From: an uncultured cyanobacterium
GTDB taxonomy: Bacteria > Cyanobacteriota > Cyanobacteriia > Phormidesmidales > Phormidesmidaceae
Direction: 5' to 3'
NCBI GenBank assembly: GCA_963793265.1
Contig: CAWBZI010000006.1
Coordinates: forward strand, 960,001 to 1,024,000
Length of the DNA stretch: 64,000 bases
Shown: piece by piece, positions 1 to 10,574 of the stretch
How the letters are laid out: each line of letters starts with the position of its first letter
How positions within the stretch are numbered: the first letter of the stretch is position 1
Notes under the pieces: generated by a model
Told to the model about the DNA's origin: nothing
The model's input: only the letters and a program-made list of their open reading frames with translations
The model's database searches: none
Translations under genes and position numbers: made by a program

Positions 1-429
1 AAGCACTAGGCCACCGCGATCGATTAGATCAATCACTCGCCCTGGCGTACCGACAACGACCTGAGAACCGCGCTTGAGGCGGCTAAGCTGCTGACCAATA
101 GACTGTCCGCCATAGACAGACGTGACGTATATCCGCTCGTCCACGATGAAGCTCTCCATCGCTTTACTCACCTGCATAGCGAGTTCGCGGGTAGGCGTGA
201 GAACTAAAGCCTGCACGTAGCGATTGGCAGCATTGATCTGCTCCAATATAGGCATTGAGAACGCCGCTGTTTTTCCGGTGCCTGTCTGCGCGAGGCCGAC
301 AACATCGTGGCCAGAGAGCAACTGCGGAATGGCCTGAGCTTGGACTGCCGTGGGCTCGGTAAATCCCATCTCGGTAAGATGAGCAACGCGGGCAGAGGAG
401 AGTCCTAAGTCAGCAAATGAAGAGGTCAT
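1..429 (-). CDS. crhR: DEAD-box RNA helicase, CrhR-like (5' part only; runs off the window start)
   Basis: Not in the ORF track. Manual translation from the ATG at 429 gives MTSSFADLGLS...GFTEPTAVQAQAIP (Q motif), AQTGTGKT (motif I), LTPTRELA (motif Ia). Lies directly downstream of rimO, the rimO-crhR order known in cyanobacteria. Confidence 0.9.
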   Translation of the reverse strand, partial: MTSSFADLGLSSARVAHLTEMGFTEPTAVQAQAIPQLLSGHDVVGLAQTGTGKTAAFSMPILEQINAANRYVQALVLTPTRELAMQVSKAMESFIVDERIYVTSVYGGQSIGQQLSRLKRGSQVVVGTPGRVIDLIDRGGLVL

Positions 430-519
430 TATGTTCCTAAAAATTGAAAGTTAGCGTTTAGAGTTAGCGTTTAATGAAAGCTGCCATATTGACTCAGCTT
501 AAAAATTGAACTAAAAGAA

Positions 520-1896
520 TCAAACAGAGGCAGCCATAGGCGATGCAGTGATTGTGGGCTTGGAGTCAGCTGAGGCAATTTCTCCAAACAGGTCGTAGGT
601 ATCAGCAGCGGTGATAGTGACTGGCACCATCTGACCGAGGGTGATGCGATCACCGCTCGGGTTCTGGGCATACACCAGTCCATCTACATCCGGTGCAAAC
701 CGCGCGCTACGGCCAATAAGTTCGCCAGTCGAGGGATTTTCTTGCTCAATCAGCACGTCTACCACCTGGCCAACCTGAGTTTGGTTCCGACGGAATGAAA
801 TGTCTTGCTGCGCGAGCATGAGCGTGTCACGACGACGTTCTTTAACGGACTGATCGATTTGGTTAGGCAAATCAAAAGCAGCCGTGCCTTCTTCAGGCGA
901 AAAGGTAAAGACCCCTACATGGTCAAACTCGTGACGCTGCACGAAGTCTTTGAGGTGTTCAAATTGTTCCTCCGTTTCGCCTGGAAATCCCACGATAAAG
1001 GTGGTTCTCAGCACGGCTTCTGGCAGCGCCGCCTTAAGGTTTTGAATGATGTCGTCGTTAACCTGCCCCTGCCAAGGCCGGTTCATGGAGCGGAGCACCT
1101 GAGGGTGCGAATGCTGTAAAGGAAGATCCAAGTAAGGCAGTGCGTTTGGCGTTTCCTGAATGGCTTGTAGTACCGCAGGCGTTAGGCCAGTGGGATAGGA
1201 GTAGTGCATTCTGACCCAGGGCACGTCTACTTCACCCAGCGCGCGGATGAGTTCGGCAAGCTTAGGTTTGCCGTAAAGGTCTACGCCATAGTTGGTCGTG
1301 ATTTGAGAGATTAGGACGAGTTCTTGAACGCCCTGGGCAGCGAGCTGATGGGCTTCGGCCACGATTGATTCTATGGGGCGTGATCGCTGCTTTCCTCTCA
1401 GGTGCGGAATAATGCAAAAAGCGCACTTATAGTCACAGCCTTCAGCCACTCGCACGTAGGCCACGCCTTCAGAGGTCGTACGATATCGAGGCACCGTCTC
1501 ATCGGCAATGTAGGTAGGCTCTGCCGAGACAGCTTTTACTCGTTCGCCCGCTTCGGCCCGTTCAATGACGTTGACAATTTTGTTGTAGTCGCCTGTGCCC
1601 ACGAGCGCGACCGCTTCGGGAATTTCTTCTAGTAGCTCATCTTGAAAGTGCTGGGCTAAGCAGCCGGTAATCACGATTTTTTTCTTCGCCTCGGCCAGCT
1701 CCACCAGCGTACGCACCGACTCTTCTCTAGCCTCCTGTATAAAGCTACAGGTATTGACGATCACGTAGTCTGCGAGTTCCTCGTTAGCATCTACGCCGTA
1801 GCCTGCCTTCACCAGTAGCCCCAGCATGTGCTCGCTATCTACTCGGTTTTTCTCGCAGCCAAGGTGCGACAGTGCAATTGTGGGTTTGCGTCCCAT
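520..1896 (-). CDS. rimO: Ribosomal protein S12 methylthiotransferase RimO
   Basis: [12 protein letters not shown]-terminal motif, radical [12 protein letters not shown]-terminal TRAM-like region with APDVDG. Confidence 0.95.
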   Translation of the reverse strand: MGRKPTIALSHLGCEKNRVDSEHMLGLLVKAGYGVDANEELADYVIVNTCSFIQEAREESVRTLVELAEAKKKIVITGCLAQHFQDELLEEIPEAVALVGTGDYNKIVNVIERAEAGERVKAVSAEPTYIADETVPRYRTTSEGVAYVRVAEGCDYKCAFCIIPHLRGKQRSRPIESIVAEAHQLAAQGVQELVLISQITTNYGVDLYGKPKLAELIRALGEVDVPWVRMHYSYPTGLTPAVLQAIQETPNALPYLDLPLQHSHPQVLRSMNRPWQGQVNDDIIQNLKAALPEAVLRTTFIVGFPGETEEQFEHLKDFVQRHEFDHVGVFTFSPEEGTAAFDLPNQIDQSVKERRRDTLMLAQQDISFRRNQTQVGQVVDVLIEQENPSTGELIGRSARFAPDVDGLVYAQNPSGDRITLGQMVPVTITAADTYDLFGEIASADSKPTITASPMAASV

Positions 1897-2224
1897 AAAA
1901 ATTCTCTTGATAGTTCACAAAGCAGGTGTAGCGATCGCTTCATGAACAGTCTTAAGCAAATCTTCTACGCAAGAATCATAACATAACTACACAATTGACG
2001 AGAGAAAAACACGGTTGACGGCTGAAGGACACCCAAAGAACGTCCAGATAACACGCAAAGAAGGTTCTGACGCTCAACGACATCCGGCTATCGCTAAGGA
2101 TGATTGCCCAGCGGCTCCAAACTCTCAACATTGGCTGTTAATGTAGATCGAGGCTCCAGAATGGAGGCCCTTTCATATTCGCGCAAAACAAACCCATGTC
2201 ACGAGTCCGAGATTAAAACCCCCC

Positions 2225-3088
2225 GTGGACTTAACCCAAATTTTTAAGACGCCTAATCCTGTCATTGGCGTCGTTCATCTGTTGCCACTGCCAACCTCTG
2301 CTAGGTGGCAAGGCGATTTGCCTGCTGTCATTGCCCGCGCTGAGCAAGAGGCTACGGCATTAGCCTCGGGCGGCGCTCACGGCCTGATTATCGAAAACTT
2401 TTTTGATGCGCCTTTTCCTAAATCTCAAGTAGACCCAGCAGTCGTCAGCGCGATGACGCTGGTGGTGCATCGCCTTAAGCAGTTGGTGATGCTGCCAATT
2501 GGGCTGAACGTGCTGCGGAATGATGCGCGTAGTGCGCTGGCGATCGCAACCTGTACAGGCGCAAGCTTCATCCGAGTGAACGTGCTCACGGGCATTATGG
2601 CGACCGATCAGGGCCTCATAGAAGGCCAGGCACACGAGCTTTTGCGCTATCGCCGCGAGCTAGGTTCTGACGTGAAGATATTTGCTGATGTGCTGGTAAA
2701 ACACGCTCAGCCGCTTGGCCATCCAGATTTAGGTGCGGTCGTTAAAGACACGATCGTTCGCGGCTTAGCAGACGGTGTAATTTTGTCGGGTACGGCTACC
2801 GGAGAGCCGCCTAGCGTAGATGAGCTAAAGATAGCAAGAGCCGCCGCCGGAGATACGCCTGTACTGATTGGAAGCGGAGCGAGCATTGATAATATTTTTC
2901 ATCTGATTCAGTCGGTAGATGGCGTTATTGTGTCTAGCTCACTTAAGCGCAAAGGCCAAATAGAGCAGCCGATTGACCCCATTCGAGTGCGCGACTTTGT
3001 AACAGCGTTAGGGTTAGGGCTATCGTCTCGCACATCGACGGCTGCAAGCGACAGCAAGAGTGTCAATCATTCGATGGCAAATCGCTAG
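2225..3088 (+). CDS. btpA: Photosystem I biogenesis protein BtpA (BtpA/SgcQ family)
   Basis: IGVVHLLPLP, IENFFDAPF, GLNVLRND, ADVLVKH motifs; GTG start. Confidence 0.92.
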   Translation: MDLTQIFKTPNPVIGVVHLLPLPTSARWQGDLPAVIARAEQEATALASGGAHGLIIENFFDAPFPKSQVDPAVVSAMTLVVHRLKQLVMLPIGLNVLRNDARSALAIATCTGASFIRVNVLTGIMATDQGLIEGQAHELLRYRRELGSDVKIFADVLVKHAQPLGHPDLGAVVKDTIVRGLADGVILSGTATGEPPSVDELKIARAAAGDTPVLIGSGASIDNIFHLIQSVDGVIVSSSLKRKGQIEQPIDPIRVRDFVTALGLGLSSRTSTAASDSKSVNHSMANR

Positions 3089-3328
3089 CGTTTTATTGCA
3101 TTCTTGAGTTAGTGAAGGCGTCGCTTTATCGGCTGTGACATATTCTTTTTCAACAGCGGGTATTTTTGTCTAGGATCTCACTTGGGGTCTTTTGGGGTCT
3201 TTCTCAGCATTTTCTCTCAACATTCTTAGTGCGATTAGAGAAGCGCTGTCCCAAAATTTCTAATAATGTTGATATTTCTACTATTCGCCGAGCACTCAAC
3301 TATTAAGCACACACATTAAGCACACACT

Positions 3329-4306
3329 ATGAGCAAAGCACGCAGTACAAGAAGGCGTCGTCAGGAAACGACCTGGATACATAAGTGGTCACGCCCGATT
3401 ATTGGCGCGATCACAGCCGTAGGTGCTCTCGGAACTGGCTACCTCACCATTACCAAGCTGATGCAAACGTCAGCCGCCTGCGCTGCAGGTTGCGACAAAG
3501 TGCTCAACAGCGCTTGGGCTGAGGTGTTTGGCCTGCCGCTGACGCTGTTTGGCTGCTTAGCGTATCTTTCGGTGCTGGGACTGGCGATCGCCCCTCTGCT
3601 TGTAAAAGAAGAAAACAGAGAGCAGCGCACGAAGTTAGAGGGCATCACCTGGCCTCTACTGTTTGTCGCGACCACTGGCATGATGGTGTTTAGCGGCTTT
3701 TTAATGTTTGTGCTAGTCACCGACATCAAAGCGGTCTGTCCTTATTGCATTGCCTCTGCGCTGATGTCTGCCACGATGTTTGCACTTACCCTATTGGGCA
3801 GGCGCTGGGACGACCGCGGTAAGCTCCTATTCAACGGCGCAATCGTCGCCATGATTGCATTGGTCGGCACATTAGGCATGTATGCCGTTCCCGGCGGGCC
3901 TTTGAGTTCGGGCTCTCAGGCTGCTGAAGTCGCGGGTAGTGGCCCGCCCGTTACGACCCCTTCTAGCGAAGCCGAAATTGCCTTGGCAAACCATCTAACT
4001 GAGGTAGATGCCAAGATGTATGGTGCCTATTGGTGTCCTCACTGCCATGATCAAAAGCAGCTATTTGGGAAGGAAGCTTATAAGGACATTCCTTACGTTG
4101 AGTGTGCTGAGGACGGTCGTAATTCTCAGACTGCGGTTTGTAGGGCGGTGCCTGAGGTGACAGGTTATCCAACTTGGGAAGTGAACGGGGAGTTTTTGTC
4201 TGGCTCTCAGAGTTTGGAAACGCTGGCGCTGGCGTCTGGATATGAGGGGCCAGATGACTTTATCAATGGTGCAGGGGCCGTAGGTGGGACTTCAGATGGG
4301 GGTTAG
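3329..4306 (+). CDS. Vitamin K epoxide reductase-thioredoxin fusion (disulfide bond formation)
   Basis: Multi-TM VKOR domain with loop cysteines and CPYC, followed by a Trx-like domain with YGAYWCPHC and YPTW. Confidence 0.9.
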   Translation: MSKARSTRRRRQETTWIHKWSRPIIGAITAVGALGTGYLTITKLMQTSAACAAGCDKVLNSAWAEVFGLPLTLFGCLAYLSVLGLAIAPLLVKEENREQRTKLEGITWPLLFVATTGMMVFSGFLMFVLVTDIKAVCPYCIASALMSATMFALTLLGRRWDDRGKLLFNGAIVAMIALVGTLGMYAVPGGPLSSGSQAAEVAGSGPPVTTPSSEAEIALANHLTEVDAKMYGAYWCPHCHDQKQLFGKEAYKDIPYVECAEDGRNSQTAVCRAVPEVTGYPTWEVNGEFLSGSQSLETLALASGYEGPDDFINGAGAVGGTSDGG

Positions 4307-4334
4307 CGAGGGAATCTGCTGGAGGGCGTTAAGA

Positions 4335-4376
4335 AAGAGGTAAGAGGCAAGAGGCAAGAGGCAAGAGGCAAGAGGG
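4335..4376 (+). repeat. Heptamer tandem repeat (AAGAGGC)n
   Basis: Four perfect AAGAGGC units at 4342-4369, flanked by AAGAGGT and AAGAGGG variants. Confidence 0.9.
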
Positions 4377-4393
4377 CGTAAGGCCTTACGCCC
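4374..4393. repeat. Perfect 20 bp palindrome, REP-like
   Basis: GGGCGTAAGGCCTTACGCCC is its own reverse complement. Confidence 0.75.
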
Positions 4394-4439
4394 AGTGCAA
4401 TACCTGTTGCAGCAGCGATATTTCTATCTCGACAAAATT

Positions 4440-4478
4440 AAAAACGCCTGCTTCTGAACTAACGAAGCAGGCGTTTTT
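4440..4478. terminator. Bidirectional intrinsic terminator
   Basis: AAAAA-CGCCTGCTTC-loop-GAAGCAGGCG-TTTTT between convergent genes. Confidence 0.85.
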
Positions 4479-4490
4479 GATGGCTGTTAA

Positions 4491-5930
4491 TCACTGTTTC
4501 CAGTGAGATTTCAGATCGAGCTTGTCGGCTAGCTCGGCTCGAATCTGGCGCATGATGGAGTCTTCGTCAAGGTCGTTGAGAATCTTGGCGACAACAGCCT
4601 TAGGGCTATCGTTGCCCCAGGTTGCGCCGTTAGCGAGATAGGTTTTGGTGACTTGAGCGATCGCATAAGTAGACACTCCCGACACCGCCGCTTGAGTGAG
4701 CGCCACCGTCACATAAGGCGTTGCTGTAAGCCCGCCCGTCGGAATCGAGGCGGCAGCTAAAGCGCTTTTGAGCCCGCTCAGGCCAAAGCTAACGGCCAGT
4801 TCACTCAAGGTCAGCCCGCCCATTGAGAGCGCAATCTTTCTCAGCAGCTTAGCCGCACCCTTTTGGGTCATTTCTAAATCATAAAGCCGGGCAAGGGCTA
4901 CAATTAGCGCCACATCAATGGCAGCACCGCCAAGTAGATCAACGACCATCAGCGGATTGAGCGCGACGGCAATGGACTTGGTAATGGTGGTTTTCCAGAT
5001 AGTGTCATCAGCTGCGCGATCGCGTATAGCCAGCTTTTGAGCCACCACCTGCTCATTGATTTCGTCGGCATACAGCAGCGTATTGAGCGCCACGAGCGCC
5101 TTACCCTCTCGATGCAAGATCTCTAATATTTTGAGCTTGAGGGCGCTAATATCTGGCTGACCACGTTCGGTGTGCGTACTGAGCTTGCCATTAGCATCTC
5201 TAACTGCCTGAGTAATTAGAGGAGCCGCTGCCGTGACCACCATATTCTCGGGCGGCAGCAAATCTACGAGTCGCTCCTCGCGCAGGGTTGCCAGGATTTG
5301 ATTGCGATCGCCCTGAGGATACTGATCGACTTTATTAAATACCAGCAAAATTGGCTTGCCCGCATGGCGCAGTTCGCTGAGCGCGTCGTATTCGAGTTGG
5401 GTGAGATCGCCTGCAATGACGAAGAGGATCAGGTCGGCTTGATGGGCAATTTTTTGGGCGATCGCCTGCCGTTCGTCACCCCCCACCTCATCAATTCCCG
5501 GCGTATCTATCAGCTCTACCCGCGAAGCTGATTGCCCCGATAGCGTCGCTCGATACACGTCTTGATACAGGCTTTCATGCTCCGTATCCCAAGGAATGCT
5601 TTCAGCTTGGCGAGTGACCCCGTGCAGTGGCCCCGTCTTAAAAATTGGCTGACCAACCAGCGCATTCAGCAACGAAGACTTACCTCGCCCAACCATGCCG
5701 AACACCGCAATATGAACCACCTCATTCTCTAATTTTTCAAGGACGCCGTGGAGGTGATTGATCTCAGTTTTTAGCGCGGATCGCTCACGTTCTGAGAGAT
5801 CCAGCTTGCTGATAAGGGTGGTGACTGAGGCGATCGCCTGACTGTATCGCAGGTCTTCGGCAAGCTGATCAAATCCATCAATCTCTGAAGGGTTAGCGGC
5901 AGGGCTATCGAGTGCTGATGCGTTATCCAT
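4491..5930 (-). CDS. Era-like GTP-binding protein with C-terminal DUF697/YcjF-like membrane region
   Basis: G1 GMVGRGKSS, G3 DTPG, G4 NKVD; hydrophobic C-terminal helices. Confidence 0.85.
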   Translation of the reverse strand: MDNASALDSPAANPSEIDGFDQLAEDLRYSQAIASVTTLISKLDLSERERSALKTEINHLHGVLEKLENEVVHIAVFGMVGRGKSSLLNALVGQPIFKTGPLHGVTRQAESIPWDTEHESLYQDVYRATLSGQSASRVELIDTPGIDEVGGDERQAIAQKIAHQADLILFVIAGDLTQLEYDALSELRHAGKPILLVFNKVDQYPQGDRNQILATLREERLVDLLPPENMVVTAAAPLITQAVRDANGKLSTHTERGQPDISALKLKILEILHREGKALVALNTLLYADEINEQVVAQKLAIRDRAADDTIWKTTITKSIAVALNPLMVVDLLGGAAIDVALIVALARLYDLEMTQKGAAKLLRKIALSMGGLTLSELAVSFGLSGLKSALAAASIPTGGLTATPYVTVALTQAAVSGVSTYAIAQVTKTYLANGATWGNDSPKAVVAKILNDLDEDSIMRQIRAELADKLDLKSHWKQ

Positions 5931-6084
5931 GAACGGGTAGGTTCGTTTGATACAAGCTGAATTAATAGGGTAGCGAAATCGACCGCTTGAGTGCGTTTAA
6001 TCAAAAGAACTTGCTAATAACCGGAAATTAGACGACGAACTGTGATGAGGAGAGTAGCTAAAGAGTGAGAGAATACAAATACAA

Positions 6085-6561
6085 ATGGTTTATTACAATT
6101 CTTTACAGCCTATGGAGTTTGAGAGTACCGCACAGAAAGCCTGTTATCAGCGTATTGTGCCGTGGATGGAAGACTTATTTGGCGAATCCGCCGTTGTCTT
6201 TGAAGACGAACCCCTATTTATTGTCACGATTGGCTCAGCCGTCGCCTCTACCCGCGTAGTGCCTTGGGGCGACAACGATGCCCTCATTACGAGCCGCTCC
6301 TTTGTGGTCACAGACGTCACCGTCACCCCAGAGCTGAGCTACTATCTGCTGCGCGCCAACAACGGCATTCACTTTGGTCGGTTCGCGCTTGATGGCGAAA
6401 ACGACATTGTGTTTGAACACAGCCTAGTCGGCTCCACCTGCGACCAAATTGAGCTAAAACACTCAGTCGCCACCGTCATTCGGATCTCTGATGACTACGA
6501 CGATGAAATTGTGGCGCGTTGGGGCGGGCAGAGGGCTCTGGAACGGTGGTCTGCTTCTTAA
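6085..6561 (+). CDS. YbjN / T3SS-chaperone-like domain protein (start may be the ATG at 6112)
   Basis: LLRANNGIHFGRFALD...IVFEHSL and terminal DDYDDEIVARWGG pattern typical of the YbjN-type family. Confidence 0.7.
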   Translation: MVYYNSLQPMEFESTAQKACYQRIVPWMEDLFGESAVVFEDEPLFIVTIGSAVASTRVVPWGDNDALITSRSFVVTDVTVTPELSYYLLRANNGIHFGRFALDGENDIVFEHSLVGSTCDQIELKHSVATVIRISDDYDDEIVARWGGQRALERWSAS

Positions 6562-6784
6562 TCAGTTATTGAGTAGCGCTGCATGGACAAGCTTTTCTTC
6601 GGAGAAGTGCTTATTGAGAAAGCGATATACATAATCCATGGGACTGTTAATTGCTTTCTAGTATTGCTTCTTATTGAGGGATACTGTCTCCAAACTACTG
6701 CAAAAAGCTGCTCAGGTACTAGCTACTTAAGCAGCTTTTTGGTTTCACAAACCTTTCAATATTAAATATCGATCAATTGATCAG

Positions 6785-6822
6785 CAAGTTGCTCTCTTTT
6801 TGAGAGCAACTTGGGTTATAGT
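6785..6822 (+). promoter_or_regulatory. Putative HigA operator (12 bp inverted repeat) next to a -10 element
   Basis: CAAGTTGCTCTC-TTTTT-GAGAGCAACTTG at 6785-6813; TATAGT at 6817-6822, about 55 bp upstream of higB. Confidence 0.65.
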
Positions 6823-6875
6823 GAGAAGAATCAGACTTTACAAAAATACAAAAAAATGACAATTACTAGAGAGCT

Positions 6876-7184
6876 ATGCGGTTCATTAAGAAAACTAATC
6901 TTATTCAAGACCTGAATGACGTTCCTACCGCTGTAAAGAATTCCGCCTTAGAGTGGCTGTCAGTAATTGGTGACAAAGCACTCATGTGGCACAGCTTTAT
7001 GGACGTGAAGAAAAAATATGTCAGGGCTAGCCAGGTTAACAAGCTTTACGTCTTCAATATCAAAGATTATAGGCTTATTGTAGGCATCAGTTTTAAACGA
7101 CAGATCGTGTATTACAAGACGATACTGTCACATTCTGAATACGAAGAAGGTTATTGGAAAAGTAAATATTCGCGGTCTAAATAG
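6876..7184 (+). CDS. higB: Type II toxin, HigB family (RelE-like)
   Basis: YVFNIKDYRLIVGISF...ILSHSEYE matches the HigB toxin pattern (VFNI..N.YRLI...THxEY); toxin-first gene order. Confidence 0.8.
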   Translation: MRFIKKTNLIQDLNDVPTAVKNSALEWLSVIGDKALMWHSFMDVKKKYVRASQVNKLYVFNIKDYRLIVGISFKRQIVYYKTILSHSEYEEGYWKSKYSRSK

Positions 7185-7195
7185 TTTGGCTATTC

Positions 7196-7648
7196 ATGAC
7201 CGTCATGTTGTGGAGAAGTGCAATGTACAGTGCGGTTGATTCTGCTATCAGCGTTGAGAACAAAGAGTACGGACAGCTTTTAAGCTTAGTCCAACCTAGA
7301 AAAATAGAATCAAAACAAGACTACGAGAGGTCTGTTGCCTTACTAGAGTCGTTACTGGAAGAAGAGGAAGAGGAGGGTATATCACAGCAAGAGGAGACTC
7401 TTGTTGAGCTGCTTGTTGTGTTGGTTCAGGACTATGAGCGCGAAAACGTTAACGTTTCCACGCCCGAGCCGCTTGCCGTTTTAATCCACTTGATGGAGGC
7501 TGGTGAGTTGAAGCAATCTGATTTGGTTGGTGTTTTGGGTTCTAGTGGCATCGTCTCAGAAGTTATCAACGGGAAGCGAGAAATTAGCAAGACGCAGGCA
7601 CGTAGCTTAGGTAAGTTTTTCGGCCTATCTTACAGACTCTTTCTCTAA
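7196..7648 (+). CDS. higA: HigA antitoxin, HTH domain
   Basis: LVQDYE...LIHLMEAGELKQSDL...SEVINGKREISK HTH pattern; 11 bp downstream of higB. Confidence 0.85.
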   Translation: MTVMLWRSAMYSAVDSAISVENKEYGQLLSLVQPRKIESKQDYERSVALLESLLEEEEEEGISQQEETLVELLVVLVQDYERENVNVSTPEPLAVLIHLMEAGELKQSDLVGVLGSSGIVSEVINGKREISKTQARSLGKFFGLSYRLFL

Positions 7649-7685
7649 TGACCTGCTTGCAAAGTCGTAGATACGTTCAATATCT

Positions 7686-7723
7686 AAAAGCTCCAACATT
7701 CAGCTTATAGAATGTCGGAGCTT
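7686..7723 (-). terminator. Intrinsic terminator downstream of ugd
   Basis: On the minus strand AAGCTCCGACATTC-loop-GAATGTTGGAGC-TTTT. Confidence 0.7.
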
Positions 7724-7788
7724 CTCAATCTAAATCACTACGTTATCGGCAATGATCTCTTAGTGATTAGACGATCTACCAGTACCTT

Positions 7789-9171
7789 CTATCGACCGAC
7801 GCCCAGGTAACGGAAGCCTGCATCCTCAAGCTTCTTTTGATCCAAGAAGTTGCGACCGTCAATCATAACAGGAGCATTCATCAGACTCGCCATTTTGGTG
7901 TAGTCCAGGTTCTGGAACTTTGCCCAGTCTGTGACGAGTACCAAAGCATCGCAGCCATCGGCTAGGCGCTCAGGGTCAGTTTCAACAATAACGCCCGAAA
8001 GACCCTGGCTGACGCCGCTTTGAGAAACGATGGGGTCGTAAGCTTTAACCTTAGCGCCCAGGCGGTTGAGGCTTTCGATCATAATCAGCGAAGGGGCATC
8101 GCGCATGTCGTCTGTGTCAGGCTTGAAGGTGAGGCCGAGTAAACCAACCGTTTTACCTTTTAAGATTTTGAGCACTTGCTGAAGCTTTTCAACGGTGAGC
8201 AAACGCTGACGGGTGTTCACGTTAATGGTGGCTCTGAGCAGCTCAGCTTCGTAGCCGTAGTCTTCAGCGGTATGCAGTAGCGCTGATACGTCTTTGGGGA
8301 AACATGAGCCGCCCCAGCCAATGCCTGCCTGCAAGAATTTGCTGCCGATGCGGGAGTCTAGCCCGATGCCTGCGGCGACCTGGGTGACGTCAGCGCCGAC
8401 GCGATCGCAAATATTCGCCACTTCATTAATAAAGCTAATCTTAGTCGCCAAAAACGCATTAGAGGCATACTTCACCATTTCAGCCGAGCTGAGATCGGTC
8501 ACCACTACCGGTACCTGGGGCGCAGCCGTGTCTTCGGCAAACTTGCGCTCTACGATGGGGGTGTAGAGTTCTTTCATCATTGCGATCGCCTTTTCGCTAT
8601 CGCTACCCAGCACAATGCGATCCGGGTTAAAGGTATCAAATACCGCCGAACCTTCTCTTAAGAACTCAGGATTACTCACGACATCAAAAGCCGCTCCAGC
8701 AGCAGGAGCCTCTACGGGCGCGCCTGCACCAACGGGCACTTTTTGACGCTCAGCGATCCCGTCTAAAACGATCATGCGCACCCAATCGCCCGAGCCGATA
8801 GGCACAGTGGACTTGTTCACAATCACTTTGTAGCCGCCGTTGAGGTGCTCGCCAATGCCTCGTGCTACGGCTTCTACATAGCGCGTATCGCTCTCACCTG
8901 TAGGCAAAGCAGGCGTACCGACCGCGATGAAAAGAATATCGCCGTGACCAACACCCGCACCCAAATCAGAAGTGAACTCTAAATTGCCAGAAGCCATCGA
9001 AGACTTCATCAGCTCAGATAAACCGGGCTCATAGATAGGAGACTGGCCCGACTTCATGAGCTGAACTTTTTCTTCGTTGTTATCTACGCAAATAACATGA
9101 TGGCCGATGTGAGAGAGGCAAACTCCCGTCACTAATCCTACATAGCCGGTTCCAATAACGCATACACGCAT
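7789..9171 (-). CDS. ugd: UDP-glucose 6-dehydrogenase
   Basis: GTGYVG Rossmann motif, SNPEFLREG, catalytic GGSCFPKD. Confidence 0.95.
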   Translation of the reverse strand: MRVCVIGTGYVGLVTGVCLSHIGHHVICVDNNEEKVQLMKSGQSPIYEPGLSELMKSSMASGNLEFTSDLGAGVGHGDILFIAVGTPALPTGESDTRYVEAVARGIGEHLNGGYKVIVNKSTVPIGSGDWVRMIVLDGIAERQKVPVGAGAPVEAPAAGAAFDVVSNPEFLREGSAVFDTFNPDRIVLGSDSEKAIAMMKELYTPIVERKFAEDTAAPQVPVVVTDLSSAEMVKYASNAFLATKISFINEVANICDRVGADVTQVAAGIGLDSRIGSKFLQAGIGWGGSCFPKDVSALLHTAEDYGYEAELLRATINVNTRQRLLTVEKLQQVLKILKGKTVGLLGLTFKPDTDDMRDAPSLIMIESLNRLGAKVKAYDPIVSQSGVSQGLSGVIVETDPERLADGCDALVLVTDWAKFQNLDYTKMASLMNAPVMIDGRNFLDQKKLEDAGFRYLGVGR

Positions 9172-9243
9172 GATGGTAAAAACTCTCTAAATAAATGACA
9201 AAAGATAGATCTAGGGTAAATAGCGGCCCGTAGACCTTTTAAA

Positions 9244-10230
9244 CTAGGGTGTGGTCACAGCAGGTTCGGCCGTCTTGCTAAGCTTTTCGCTCAGGGTGCC
9301 GTTAGCTGCCATGCGATCGCGAAAATCAGCAATCGTCTTCTCCAAGCCTTCTTGAAGCTGCACATTAGGCTCCCAGTCAAAAAACTGCTTCGCCTTAGTG
9401 ATATCTGGCTTTCGGCGACGCGGGTCATCTTGGGGCAGCGGCTTATACTGCACCTCAGAGGCAGGATTCACCATCTTTTGAATCGTTTCAGCCAGCTCCA
9501 AAATTGTGTACTCACCCGGATTACCCATATTGATTGGGCCAGTCTGATCGCCGTTCATCAGCCGAATAAAGCCCTCTACCAAATCAGAGACGTAGCAGAA
9601 GCTGCGCGTTTGAGAGCCGTCGCCGTATACCGTTAGCGGCTGACCACTCAACGCCTGCACAATAAAATTACTCACCACACGACCGTCGTTTTCGAGCATT
9701 CGAGGGCCGTAGGTATTAAAAATACGCACCACGCGAATGTCTACATCGTTCTGCCGGTGGTAGTCAAACGCGAGAGTTTCGGCCATCCGCTTGCCCTCGT
9801 CGTAGCAGCTACGAATCCCAATCGTATTCACGCTACCCCGGTATTCCTCAGGTTGAGGATGCACTTCCGGGTCACCGTAAACCTCTGAGGTAGAGGCTAG
9901 AAAAAATCGCGCCTTAGTCCGTTTTGCTAAGCCCAACATATTGAGCGTACCGAGTACATTAGTTTTCACTGTCTTTACAGGGTTGTACTGGTAGTGAACC
10001 GGAGAAGCAGGACAGGCCAGATGGTAGATCTGATCAACTTCTAAACGAATCGGCTCTGTAATATCGTGACGGATCAGCTCGAAGTAAGGGTTGTCGAGCC
10101 AGCGCAAAACGTTGCGCTTGTGTCCGGTATAAAAGTTGTCTAAGCAGATGACCTCGTGGTTAGCTTCCATCAGCCGATCGATCAAATGGGAGCCAATGAA
10201 GCCAGCTCCCCCGGTGACTAGAATTCTCAT
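9244..10230 (-). CDS. UDP-glucuronate decarboxylase (UDP-xylose synthase family)
   Basis: [31 protein letters not shown] motifs; upstream of ugd on the same strand. Confidence 0.92.
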   Translation of the reverse strand: MRILVTGGAGFIGSHLIDRLMEANHEVICLDNFYTGHKRNVLRWLDNPYFELIRHDITEPIRLEVDQIYHLACPASPVHYQYNPVKTVKTNVLGTLNMLGLAKRTKARFFLASTSEVYGDPEVHPQPEEYRGSVNTIGIRSCYDEGKRMAETLAFDYHRQNDVDIRVVRIFNTYGPRMLENDGRVVSNFIVQALSGQPLTVYGDGSQTRSFCYVSDLVEGFIRLMNGDQTGPINMGNPGEYTILELAETIQKMVNPASEVQYKPLPQDDPRRRKPDITKAKQFFDWEPNVQLQEGLEKTIADFRDRMAANGTLSEKLSKTAEPAVTTP

Positions 10231-10519
10231 AAGTTTTGAATATCTGAAAGGATATCTGACGGACAGCGCAGAGCTATTAGCACAAAGCCTCTAGCGCAAA
10301 GCTACCAGCTCAGAACAGCGCAACATGTTGCTGGCTGAAAGCTCTTTTGGATGACGAGAGCGTTTTTAGCAAGTGCCTACAGGAACGGAACTTTGCAGCA
10401 ATTGGGGTGAAACTGTCTAAAAATGTAACAAAGTTTCTTGATTTCAAAAAATGAAATGGCTAGGTTTCACTAAAACTTCAACCGTTCCTATAAATACCCA
10501 AAAAGTTTGATGCGTTATC

Positions 10520-10550
10520 AAAAAAGCGCGGAACACTAACGTTCCGCGCT
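10520..10550 (-). terminator. Intrinsic terminator after lepA
   Basis: GCGCGGAAC/GTTCCGCGC stem followed by six T on the minus strand. Confidence 0.85.
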
Positions 10551-10574
10551 GTATAAAATGATCGGCCTCAGGTT

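Noticed and set aside
4335..4376. Possible CRISPR or iteron array
   Set aside because: Simple heptamer tandem without spacers or a nearby rep gene.
6583..6765. 60 aa ORF upstream of higB as a third TA component
   Set aside because: No motif or clear ribosome-binding site; likely a chance ORF in AT-rich sequence.
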